In this document: positions 1-7,454 of the stretch, piece after piece
Position numbering within the stretch: the stretch's first letter is position 1
Layout: each line of letters opens with the position of its first letter
Source of the DNA: a bacterium
Lineage (GTDB): Bacteria > Methylomirabilota > Methylomirabilia > CAVQYV01
Direction of reading: 5' to 3'
Length of the DNA stretch: 11,651 bases
NCBI GenBank assembly: GCA_043800755.1
Contig: JAZDMQ010000102.1
Coordinates: 1-11,651, forward strand
Notes under the pieces: model-generated
The model's database searches: none
What the model was told of the DNA's origin: nothing
The model's input: only the letters and a program-made list of their open reading frames with translations
Program-made: the position numbers and the translations under genes

Positions 1-6
1 GTTAGG

Positions 7-879
7 ATGCCGAGCCTTTTCGAGTTCCTCTCTCAGATCCTGAATGGACTCGTGCTGGGGCTGCTCTATGCCCTGGTTGCCCTGGGCTTCATGCTCATCC
101 TGGGAGTGATGGAGGTCATCAATTTCAGCCACGGCGTTCTCTTCGCCTGGGGGGCCTATTTCGCCTTCACCTTGAGGCCGCTGATCGGGTTTTGGCCGGC
201 CCTTCTCATCAGCCCCCTGATCGTGGGAATCATGGGCTTGATCCTCGAGTTGGCCGTGCGGAGAAGCTATGGGAAGGATCCCCTCTTTGGGCTTCTTTTG
301 ACCTATGGCGCGGCCATGGCCCTGGAGGAGATCATCCGGATGATCTGGGGATCGGTCGGCCGGAGCATCGCCGCGCCGGCCTTCGTCGCTGGTCCCATCC
401 ACTTGGGCTTCATGCCCTACTCCAAGTATCGCCTCTTTCTCGCCGGGCTGGCCATTTTGCTGATCGGACTCGTCTGGCTCTTTCTGGAAAAGACGCCCTA
501 TGGGGCCATCATCAAGGCGGGGGCTTTCGACAGCGAAATGGTCATGGCCTTGGGCATCGATCTGCGGAAGCTGCGCACCTTCGTCTTTGGTCTGGGTGCC
601 GCCCTGGCCGGGATTGCAGGGGTAATCGCGGCTCCCTTGTGGAGCATGAAACCCACGATGGGCGTAGAGGCCGTCATGCCCGCGCTCGTCGTGGTGGTCA
701 TCGGAGGGGTTGGAAGCTTCTGGGGAACGATCCTCGGAGGCCTGCTGGTCGGGATGGTCACCGGCATCAGCGTGATGTTCATGCCCCGAGCTTCCCAGAT
801 CGTCATGTATATCTTGATGGCCATCATCATCCTGATCCGTCCGCGGGGGATCATGGGCGAAAAGAGCATCCTCGAATAG
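7..879 (+). CDS. livH: Branched-chain amino acid ABC transporter permease (LivH-like)
   Basis: 290-aa hydrophobic ORF with typical LivH motifs: QILNGLVLGLLYALVALG, G..EVINFSHG, KTPYGAIIKA, VVVIGGVGSFWG and the C-terminal RPRGIMG. First of four liv-type genes. Confidence 0.93.
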   Translation: MPSLFEFLSQILNGLVLGLLYALVALGFMLILGVMEVINFSHGVLFAWGAYFAFTLRPLIGFWPALLISPLIVGIMGLILELAVRRSYGKDPLFGLLLTYGAAMALEEIIRMIWGSVGRSIAAPAFVAGPIHLGFMPYSKYRLFLAGLAILLIGLVWLFLEKTPYGAIIKAGAFDSEMVMALGIDLRKLRTFVFGLGAALAGIAGVIAAPLWSMKPTMGVEAVMPALVVVVIGGVGSFWGTILGGLLVGMVTGISVMFMPRASQIVMYILMAIIILIRPRGIMGEKSILE

Positions 880-903
880 CATGAAACCGGAGAGACCAAA
901 GAG

Positions 904-1896
904 ATGAAGCGATCCATTCTGAGAGCCACCCGCCATCCCATGCCCTGGGTCTTCCTCTTCTTCCTGGTCCTTCCCTACCTTTTGCCCTTGGTGGGAGGAT
1001 ATACCTACCTCGGCGTGGAGGTCCTCATCTGGTCGATCTTCGCCCTGGGATTCAATATCCTGTTGGGCTATACGGGCCTGCCCTCTTTCGGGCACGGTGC
1101 CTTTTTTGGCATCGGAGCCTTTGCCTTGGGGATCGTGCAACTCCGACTGGTCCAGGGGATGTGGATCCCGATCCTCGCCGGCACATTGGCCGGGGCCTTC
1201 TTCGGAGCGTTGGTGGGTCTGTTTCTCGCCAAAAAGAGGGGCATCTATTTTGCCCTCCTGACCATCGCCTTCAGTCAAATGTTCTGGTTTGTTTCCTGGG
1301 GATGGGACAGCATGACGGGGGGGGAGGATGGCCTGGCCGGGATCAACAGGCTCCCGATCGGATTACCGGGTCTCTTTGGCATCGATATGGAGAATGTTCT
1401 GCATTTCTACTACTTCGTCTATTTTCTGTTCATCCTTTGCACCCTACTGATCTGGATCATCGTCCATTCGCCCTTCGGCAGAACGCTCCAGGCGATTCGT
1501 TATAACGAGGTGAGGGCCGGGTCCATCGGGTATAACATCGCGCTCTACAAATGGATCTCTTTTACCCTGTCCTGCGCCTTTTCCGGACTGGCGGGATCGC
1601 TCTATGCGCTCCTGCGGAACGCCGCCTTCTCCGATGTGATGCACTGGACCCAATCGGGGAATGTGATCATGATGGTCTTGTTGGGAGGGGGATTGGCCAA
1701 CTTCTTCGGCCCCATCCTGGGGTCCGGAGTCTTCATCGTCTTGAGGGATCTCTTCAGCGCCCACACGGAGCACTGGCTGTTGATCTATGGTTTGCTGTTC
1801 ATGTGCGTCATCATCTTTATCCCGGAAGGGATCTTGAGCCTCTTCAAAAAGAAAGAGCCGGTGCGGGAATCCCTGATTTCCGGCAAGAAGCGATGA
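904..1896 (+). CDS. livM: Branched-chain amino acid ABC transporter permease (LivM-like)
   Basis: Motifs GYTGLPSFGHGAFFGIGA, GIYFALLTIAFSQ, TGGEDGL, SPFGRTLQAIR and LGG...FFGPILG. Directly downstream of livH. The alternative start at Met13 is possible. Confidence 0.93.
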   Translation: MKRSILRATRHPMPWVFLFFLVLPYLLPLVGGYTYLGVEVLIWSIFALGFNILLGYTGLPSFGHGAFFGIGAFALGIVQLRLVQGMWIPILAGTLAGAFFGALVGLFLAKKRGIYFALLTIAFSQMFWFVSWGWDSMTGGEDGLAGINRLPIGLPGLFGIDMENVLHFYYFVYFLFILCTLLIWIIVHSPFGRTLQAIRYNEVRAGSIGYNIALYKWISFTLSCAFSGLAGSLYALLRNAAFSDVMHWTQSGNVIMMVLLGGGLANFFGPILGSGVFIVLRDLFSAHTEHWLLIYGLLFMCVIIFIPEGILSLFKKKEPVRESLISGKKR

Positions 1897-1906
1897 GGAC
1901 CGGATC

Positions 1907-2647
1907 GTGGCAATCCTGAAGACCGAGAATCTGACGAAAAGATTCGGTGGGTTGGTGGCCGTGAATCAGGTGGATCTGGCCATCGAAGAGAGCAAGCTGA
2001 CCTCGATCATCGGACCGAATGGGGCCGGCAAGACGACCTTTTTCAATCTCTTGAGCGGCTTGATGCACCCGGATGAAGGGAGGATCACTTTCGAGGAGAT
2101 CGATATCACGGGCTATCCCTCCCATCGAATCACCAAACAGGGCATTGCCCGCTCTTTCCAGCTTTTGAGCATATTCAATGAGTTGACGCTCTTTGAGAAT
2201 ATCCGGATGGCCGTTCAGGCGGAAAAAGGCCATGGGCTGAAGATGCTCTCCTCGATCCGCTCCCTGGGGGACGTGAACGACCGGGCTTGGGAGATCGTCC
2301 AAGCCATCGGCCTCGAGGGCAAGGAAAACATTACGGCCAAGAACCTGTCCTATGGAGACCGAAGGATCCTGGACATTGGGATCGGCCTCGCCTCCGACCC
2401 GAAGCTCCTGCTCCTCGACGAGCCCACCAGCGGCCTGGCCAGCCGGGAGACGGGGAAGATGGCCGAGTTCATCCAGGGCCTGGCCGGAAACCTGACTCTC
2501 GTGCTGATCGAACACGACATGAGCATCGTTCTGTCCATCTCGGATCACATTGCCGTTTTGCATCAGGGCCGGGTGATCGCCGAGGGGACGCCCGCCGAGA
2601 TCCAGCAGAACGAGGAAGTGCAGGAAGCCTACCTGGGAGGATTATAG
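1907..2647 (+). CDS. livG: Branched-chain amino acid ABC transporter ATP-binding protein (LivG-like)
   Basis: GTG start. KRFGGLVAV, Walker A GPNGAGKTT, signature LSYGDRR, Walker B LLLLDEP, IEHD switch, C-terminal VQEAYLG. Confidence 0.95.
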   Translation: MAILKTENLTKRFGGLVAVNQVDLAIEESKLTSIIGPNGAGKTTFFNLLSGLMHPDEGRITFEEIDITGYPSHRITKQGIARSFQLLSIFNELTLFENIRMAVQAEKGHGLKMLSSIRSLGDVNDRAWEIVQAIGLEGKENITAKNLSYGDRRILDIGIGLASDPKLLLLDEPTSGLASRETGKMAEFIQGLAGNLTLVLIEHDMSIVLSISDHIAVLHQGRVIAEGTPAEIQQNEEVQEAYLGGL

Positions 2648-2649
2648 GG

Positions 2650-3345
2650 ATGCTCGAGGTGAAGGCCATCCACACCTTCTATGAAGAAGCCCATATCCTG
2701 CATGGCGTCTCTCTGCAGGTGGAAAAAGGAGAGACCGTTTCCCTGTTGGGTCGAAATGGGGCGGGGAAGACGACCACCCTGAGAAGCATCATGGGATTAA
2801 CCCCGGCCAGGACGGGGCAGATCCTGTTCCAGGGGACAGACATCACGAAGCTCATGCCCCACCTCATTGCCCGGAAGGGCATTGGCTGGGTTCCGGACAA
2901 TCGGAGGATCTTCCCTACGCTCACGGTCCAGAGAAACCTCGAAATGGCCAAGAAAAGTACGAGCCACCGCGAATGGAATCTGCGCGCGATCTATGCGCAC
3001 TTTCCCATCCTGGAGAAGCTGAAGAGCCACAAAGGGGAGTATCTGAGCGGCGGGGAGCAGCAAATGCTGGCCATCGCCCGGACCCTGATGGGGAATCCGG
3101 ATCTGCTGCTGCTGGATGAGCCGTCCCAGGGCCTCGCTCCCAAGATCGTGAAAGAGGTCATGAATATCATCCTGGAGCTAAAGAAGAAGGGGGTCTCGAT
3201 CCTGCTCGTGGAACAAAACTCCGCCATAGCCCTTGCCATCTCGGACCGATGTTATATCCTGGACGACGGAAAGATCGTTCACGAAAGTCCGGCCAAAGAA
3301 TTGGACGCCAATCGGGAATTGAAAAAGGAGCTGCTGGGGATTTAG
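2650..3345 (+). CDS. livF: Branched-chain amino acid ABC transporter ATP-binding protein (LivF-like)
   Basis: The real start is the ATG at 2650 ([11 protein letters not shown]), 2 nt after the livG stop, not the 2287 start in the ORF track. Walker [42 protein letters not shown]. Confidence 0.95.
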   Translation: MLEVKAIHTFYEEAHILHGVSLQVEKGETVSLLGRNGAGKTTTLRSIMGLTPARTGQILFQGTDITKLMPHLIARKGIGWVPDNRRIFPTLTVQRNLEMAKKSTSHREWNLRAIYAHFPILEKLKSHKGEYLSGGEQQMLAIARTLMGNPDLLLLDEPSQGLAPKIVKEVMNIILELKKKGVSILLVEQNSAIALAISDRCYILDDGKIVHESPAKELDANRELKKELLGI

Positions 3346-3359
3346 ATTGTTTTCCAATA

Positions 3360-3680
3360 ATGACCATGACCACCGTGGCTGCCCATCAGGACCCATCCCA
3401 TCAAAGCCGCTGGACGAGTACCGCCGCAGTGGCCTGCTACTTCGCAGGGGCCAAGCTGCTCATTCATTTCCTCACCAACGGGCAGTATGGCTACTTCCGC
3501 GATGAGCTCTACTTCATCGCCCGCGGTGAGCATCTCGATTGGGGCTATGTCGATCAAGCCCCCCTGGCTCCATGGCTGGCAAGGTTGACCCTCGCGGTCC
3601 TGGGGGATTCCCTCTTCGCCCTTCGCTTCCTCCCCGCAGTCGCAGGGGCCGTGAAGGTCCTGCTGACGGGGTTGCTGGCA
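3360..3680 (+). pseudogene. Truncated ArnT/PMT-like (GT39/GT83, GT-C fold) membrane glycosyltransferase, N-terminal ~107 codons only
   Basis: [10 protein letters not shown]...[12 protein letters not shown]...[16 protein letters not shown] is the characteristic N-terminus of this family, whose members are normally about 500 aa. Similarity ends at ...TGLLA (3680). The frame then reads through unrelated sequence to a stop at 3773, and no C-terminal part is recognisable in the window. Confidence 0.85.
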
Positions 3681-3704
3681 ATTCCGGGGACGCCATACTT
3701 GATT
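3678..3704. mobile_element. Candidate mobile-element end / REP-like motif GCAATTCCGGGGACGCCATACTTGATT
   Basis: Lies exactly where the glycosyltransferase similarity stops and AT-richer DNA begins. It resembles a dispersed motif (approximately AATTCCGGGGACACCATACTTAATT) that I recall next to RAYT/IS200-like Y1 transposase genes; this recollection is unverified. No transposase is in the window. Confidence 0.45.
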
Positions 3705-3762
3705 CAGCCGACAATTCCTCCAGCAATTCGTATGATCAATCCCGATCACAAATCACAAAACA

Positions 3763-3805
3763 TCGCCTCTTGACAAATACATACTTATAATGCATATTAA
3801 TGCAG
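3763..3805 (+). promoter_or_regulatory. Sigma70-type promoter and autoregulatory operator of vapBC
   Basis: Perfect TTGACA at 3770-3775 with CATATT 17 bp downstream (3793-3798). A perfect TATAAT is also present at 3786-3791. Inverted repeat TGCAT-N4-ATGCA at 3791-3804 overlaps the -10 region. RBS AAGGAGG at 3825-3831. Confidence 0.7.
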
Positions 3806-3836
3806 GTATCGGAGCATATTGCCCAAGGAGGATTCT

Positions 3837-4034
3837 ATGAGGACAACGCTAAACATAGAAGACGAACTGCTTGACAAGGCGGCGAAGTTGACCGGCATTA
3901 AAGAAAAAACCTCCCTCGTCAAGCTCGGTCTCGAAGCATTGATCGCGAGGGAAAGCGCTAAGCGACTGGCAAAACTGGGAGGAACCGAAAAGAAATTGGA
4001 GGCCATACCCCGGAGAAGGCCAGGAAATAGCTAA
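3837..4034 (+). CDS. vapB: Type II toxin-antitoxin antitoxin, VapB family (ribbon-helix-helix, DUF2191-like)
   Basis: 65 aa starting MRTTLNIEDELLDKA...LEALIARESAKRLAKLGGTE. The ATG at 3837 follows a strong AAGGAGG. Its stop directly abuts the PIN gene start (TAA-ATG). Confidence 0.92.
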   Translation: MRTTLNIEDELLDKAAKLTGIKEKTSLVKLGLEALIARESAKRLAKLGGTEKKLEAIPRRRPGNS

Positions 4035-4400
4035 ATGGTTCTCGTTGATACTTCAGTATGGGTGGCCCATCTCCGTGATGGAAGTATCGGCCTGGAAGCG
4101 CTTTTGAATGATGGACAGGTTGCCTGCCATTCCTTCATCATCGGGGAGCTCGCATGCGGGAATCTGAAGAACCGATCTGAAGTACTCTCTCTTCTTCACA
4201 CGCTCCCTATGGTAACCCATGCGGAGCATGAGGAAGTGATGCTATTTATAGAGAACTACCGTTTTATGGCGAAAGGGTTGGGTTACATCGATATGCATCT
4301 ACTTGCCTCGGCCCTCTTGACTCAGGTTCCCCTGTGGACACTCGACAAGAGCCTGGACGCAGCCTCTTCAATTCTCGGATTGGAGTATCGATCCTCCTGA
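4035..4400 (+). CDS. vapC: Type II toxin-antitoxin toxin, VapC PIN-domain ribonuclease
   Basis: 121 aa with the PIN acidic residues in MVLVDTSVW, IIGELACG, GYIDMHLLAS and LWTLDK. Confidence 0.93.
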   Translation: MVLVDTSVWVAHLRDGSIGLEALLNDGQVACHSFIIGELACGNLKNRSEVLSLLHTLPMVTHAEHEEVMLFIENYRFMAKGLGYIDMHLLASALLTQVPLWTLDKSLDAASSILGLEYRSS

Positions 4401-4425
4401 TCAGATAACAACCCAATCCAAAGGA

Positions 4426-6123
4426 ATGAGAGAACTCTATCTCCTCTTTTCTCCGCATTTACTCTCCCTCAAGAATCGCCTGCGGCACCTCCAGCCGGAT
4501 ACGCTCCTCAAGGCCGCCTTCCTCCTGCTGCTGGGCCTCCTCTTCTGGGCCGGGACCTTCTATGTTGTCTATCGGGTGCTCCTCTACTTCCAGGGGGTGC
4601 CGGAGATCGGGGAATACCTGACTCTCAAGCTCCTCTCCATGGTCTTCCTCACCTTCTTCACTATCCTGCTCTTCTCCAATGGGATCATCTCCCTCTCCAC
4701 CTTCTATCTCTCCGAGGACCTCTTCCTCATCCTCTCCTCGCCCGTCTCCCTGGGCAAGGTCTATCTGAGCAAGTTAGGAGAGACGCTGGCCTCCAGCTCC
4801 TGGATGGTCCTGCTATTCGGGCTCCCGGTCTTCATCGCCTACGGGGTCGTCTATCACGCCTCCCTCCTCTTCTATCTTCAGTTGGCCGCGACCCTGGTGC
4901 CATTCTTGATTTTGCCCTCTGCCCTGGGGATCGGCTGCATCATGGTCTTAGTGAATGCCTTCCCTGCCCGCCGCCTCAAGGACCTACTCCTCCTCCTCTC
5001 CCTGGGACTGGTGGCCTCCCTCTATCTCCTCTTCCGCTTCCTCCAGCCGGAGAAGCTGGTGGACCCCGAGGCCTTTAACAACCTGGTGGAGTATTTCGCC
5101 CGCCTGGGGACCCCCGCCTCCCCCTTGCTGCCCAGCCAGTGGGCCACCGAGGCTCTGGTCCCGCTGTTGCAGAAGAGGGAGGGAGAAGGCCTCTTTCATC
5201 TGGGCCTTCTGATGAGCAATGGGGTAGTGGCCCTCCTCTTCGGCGGCTGGCTCTGCCGGAGGCTTTACTTCGAGGGCTGGAGCAAGTCCCAGGAGGGACG
5301 GCAGGTCCGCATCTCGAAATCCCCGCTTCTGGAGCGAATCATCGCCCTCCTCGGCCGCCCCCTCTCCCTGCCCTACCGGGCCCTGCTGGCCAAGGACCTC
5401 AAGACCTTTCTGCGGGACCGGACCCAATGGTCCCAGCTCTTCCTCCTGGTCTCCCTGGTGGTGGTCTACCTCTATAATTTCAGCGTTCTCCCTTTGAAAA
5501 AATCTCCCATCGGCAGTTTCTACTTACAGAACCTCCTGTCCTTCCTGAACCTGGGCCTGGCCGGCTTCGTCCTCTCGGCGGTGGGGGTCCGCTTCATCTT
5601 CCCCGCCGTCAGCCTGGAGCGAAGGTCCTTCTGGATTATCCAATCCTCTCCTCTGGGGCTGAAGGGCTTCTTGTGGGGGAAATTCCTGATGGGCCTCATC
5701 CCCCTCCTGGTCCTGGCGGAGCTACTGATCCTCCTCACCAACCTCCTGCTCCATGTCACCCTCTTCATGATGGCCCTCTCCGCGGCCACCATTTTTTTCA
5801 TGACCTTCGGGATCACCGGCCTGGGGATCGGCCTGGGTGCCATCTACCCTCGTTTCCGGGTGGAGAATGTCTCCCAGATTGCCACCGGGTTCGGAGGGAT
5901 CATCTATATGATCTACGCCCTCCTCTTCGTGGGCTCCATCGTCCTCCTCGAGGCCTGGCCGGTCTATCTCCTCTTCATGGCCCGATTGGGCTACCGCGCC
6001 ATCGGCCCCTGGCAGTGGGGGGGGATTGGGCTCGCCTTCGCCCTGATCCTGATCCTCAATGCCATAGCCGTCCTGATCCCCATGAACATGGGCCAGAAGA
6101 GACTATCCCAATACGAGATTTGA
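4426..6123 (+). CDS. Putative ABC-2-type exporter permease (large multi-TM, ABC_tran_2-like family)
   Basis: 565 aa with many TM segments. Two halves carry FYLSEDLFLILSSPV...YLSKL and ALLAKDLKTFLRD..QWSQL / SLERRSFWIIQSSPL...FLWGKF motifs, as in duplicated ABC-2 permeases. Substrate unknown. Confidence 0.8.
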   Translation: MRELYLLFSPHLLSLKNRLRHLQPDTLLKAAFLLLLGLLFWAGTFYVVYRVLLYFQGVPEIGEYLTLKLLSMVFLTFFTILLFSNGIISLSTFYLSEDLFLILSSPVSLGKVYLSKLGETLASSSWMVLLFGLPVFIAYGVVYHASLLFYLQLAATLVPFLILPSALGIGCIMVLVNAFPARRLKDLLLLLSLGLVASLYLLFRFLQPEKLVDPEAFNNLVEYFARLGTPASPLLPSQWATEALVPLLQKREGEGLFHLGLLMSNGVVALLFGGWLCRRLYFEGWSKSQEGRQVRISKSPLLERIIALLGRPLSLPYRALLAKDLKTFLRDRTQWSQLFLLVSLVVVYLYNFSVLPLKKSPIGSFYLQNLLSFLNLGLAGFVLSAVGVRFIFPAVSLERRSFWIIQSSPLGLKGFLWGKFLMGLIPLLVLAELLILLTNLLLHVTLFMMALSAATIFFMTFGITGLGIGLGAIYPRFRVENVSQIATGFGGIIYMIYALLFVGSIVLLEAWPVYLLFMARLGYRAIGPWQWGGIGLAFALILILNAIAVLIPMNMGQKRLSQYEI

Positions 6124-6207
6124 GGGAAAGGGAGGGGTGAAGTCCCTGGCCGACCTGGCGGGCCCGGCGGGGCATCTTTCGGTCCGAGGGCAAAAGGAGC
6201 AGGATAT

Positions 6208-6238
6208 CCCTTCCCCCGCCAGGGCAGCGGGGGAAGGG
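6208..6238. terminator. Strong hairpin between convergent genes (possible bidirectional terminator)
   Basis: Perfect 12-bp stem CCCTTCCCCCGC / GCGGGGGAAGGG with a 7-nt loop CAGGGCA. No U-tract on either strand. Confidence 0.55.
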
Positions 6239-6265
6239 GAGGAATGGAAGTACTGTGGCAGCCTC

Positions 6266-7171
6266 CTACTGGGGAAGGGAACGCAGGAATTGCTCTAATT
6301 CAGCATTGAACTTGTCCGGCTCCTCGATCTGCAGCAGGTGTCCGCTGTTGTGGAAGACCACCAGGCTGGCATCGGGGATCTGATTGCGCATATAGACCGC
6401 TGCCTTGCTGGAGCGCGGATAGAGCTGGGAGTCGGAGGCCAGGATCAGGGTAGGGACCTTGATCTGGGGCAGGAGGGCCCGATAGTCCCGAGGGATGAAG
6501 TCGTAAAAGAGGGTGACCGCGGTCCAGGTCGGGGTCTTGCAGACCATCTGGTAGCGAGCATCCACCGCCTCCTCGGTCGGCGGGTTCTTCCAAATGGTGC
6601 GGAGGAAGGTCTTGTGTGTCGCCTCCCGATTCTGCCACAAGCCGATGGCAAAGGCGTGCAAGGCATCCCAGTTGTTATCGTGGAAGGCCCCCGAATTCCA
6701 GTACTCCCCGGACATGGGGCAAGGGCTCATGTCCTCCAATACCAATGCCTTCAGCTTATCCCCACCGAATTGGCGGTAATAGTCCAGGGCCACCATGACC
6801 CCCATGGAGTGGCCCACCAGGGTCACCTTCTCCAGGCCCATGGCCTCGATGAACTTCCTCACATCCCTCGCCAACTGGGGGATGTTGTTCCCCTCCATCG
6901 GCTTGCTGGAGTTGCCGTGGCCGCGGAGATCGATGGCCAGGGCGCGGTAATTCTGGGCGAAGTAGGGAAGCTGATGGCGGGCCCAGATGCTGCTATTCCC
7001 GCACCAGCCGTGGACGAAGAGGATGGGATCCCCTTTCCCCCGATCCTCATAGAAGACCTGCAGGTTGTCGTCCAGCTCGATAAAGAGGGCCGAGGCGGAA
7101 CTGGAGAGGAGCCCGATCAGCAAGATCAGGGCGGAAAGGATAAGCGTGATTCGGCTAAGGCTTCTTTTCAT
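6266..7171 (-). CDS. Alpha/beta-fold hydrolase (non-heme haloperoxidase/arylesterase-like) with N-terminal signal peptide
   Basis: Likely start is the ATG at 7171 after GGAGG. VHGW oxyanion motif, DLRGHG, nucleophile elbow GHSMG, catalytic His in NSGH...EEPDKFN. The N-terminus MKRSLSR + hydrophobic stretch + ASA fits a Sec signal peptide. Confidence 0.88.
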   Translation of the reverse strand: MKRSLSRITLILSALILLIGLLSSSASALFIELDDNLQVFYEDRGKGDPILFVHGWCGNSSIWARHQLPYFAQNYRALAIDLRGHGNSSKPMEGNNIPQLARDVRKFIEAMGLEKVTLVGHSMGVMVALDYYRQFGGDKLKALVLEDMSPCPMSGEYWNSGAFHDNNWDALHAFAIGLWQNREATHKTFLRTIWKNPPTEEAVDARYQMVCKTPTWTAVTLFYDFIPRDYRALLPQIKVPTLILASDSQLYPRSSKAAVYMRNQIPDASLVVFHNSGHLLQIEEPDKFNAELEQFLRSLPQ

Positions 7172-7285
7172 ATTGACCTCCGTCCTAAGGAAGAAAAGCC
7201 CAATGGGACCTCTGTAAAGACCGGGCTGCCGACCCCTTCTGCCCCGTGCCCCCACCCTGGGCCCCGGCGATCTCTGCAGCGCGGG

Positions 7286-7315
7286 AGTTTATCACAGTGG
7301 CTCCTGCCAGGGCAA
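7286..7315 (-). promoter_or_regulatory. Putative sigma70 promoter for the hydrolase gene
   Basis: On the minus strand, TTGCCC-N18-TAAACT with an extended -10 TG (TGaTAAACT), about 115 nt upstream of the start codon. Confidence 0.4.
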
Positions 7316-7454
7316 GGTCAAAATGGGTCTGCCGGGGGAACGGCGCAAAGAAAAGACCCATTGAATTTCCTTACACATTGTGCTAATTCTTTGTTCCACC
7401 GCCGCGAAAGGGTTGCGGCGTGTGACGTTCAGAGTTAATAGAAGGGAGTAAGGG

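Noticed and set aside
2287-2649. Apparent 121-aa N-terminal extension of LivF (352-aa ORF)
   Set aside because: It overlaps livG in another frame and has a low-complexity R/P/G composition. The canonical LivF start is at 2650.
3249-3773. 174-aa ORF as an intact gene
   Set aside because: It is a chimera of livF-overlapping sequence, the glycosyltransferase stub and read-through into non-coding DNA.
4440-6120. Dense CTC/CCT pyrimidine-rich pseudo-repeats
   Set aside because: Explained by Leu/Phe/Ser codon usage in a membrane protein. It is not a tandem repeat or array.
7308-7362. GGGCAA...GGCGCAAAG resemblance to a c-di-GMP-I riboswitch
   Set aside because: The GNRA-capped stem and the downstream tetraloop-receptor stem are missing.
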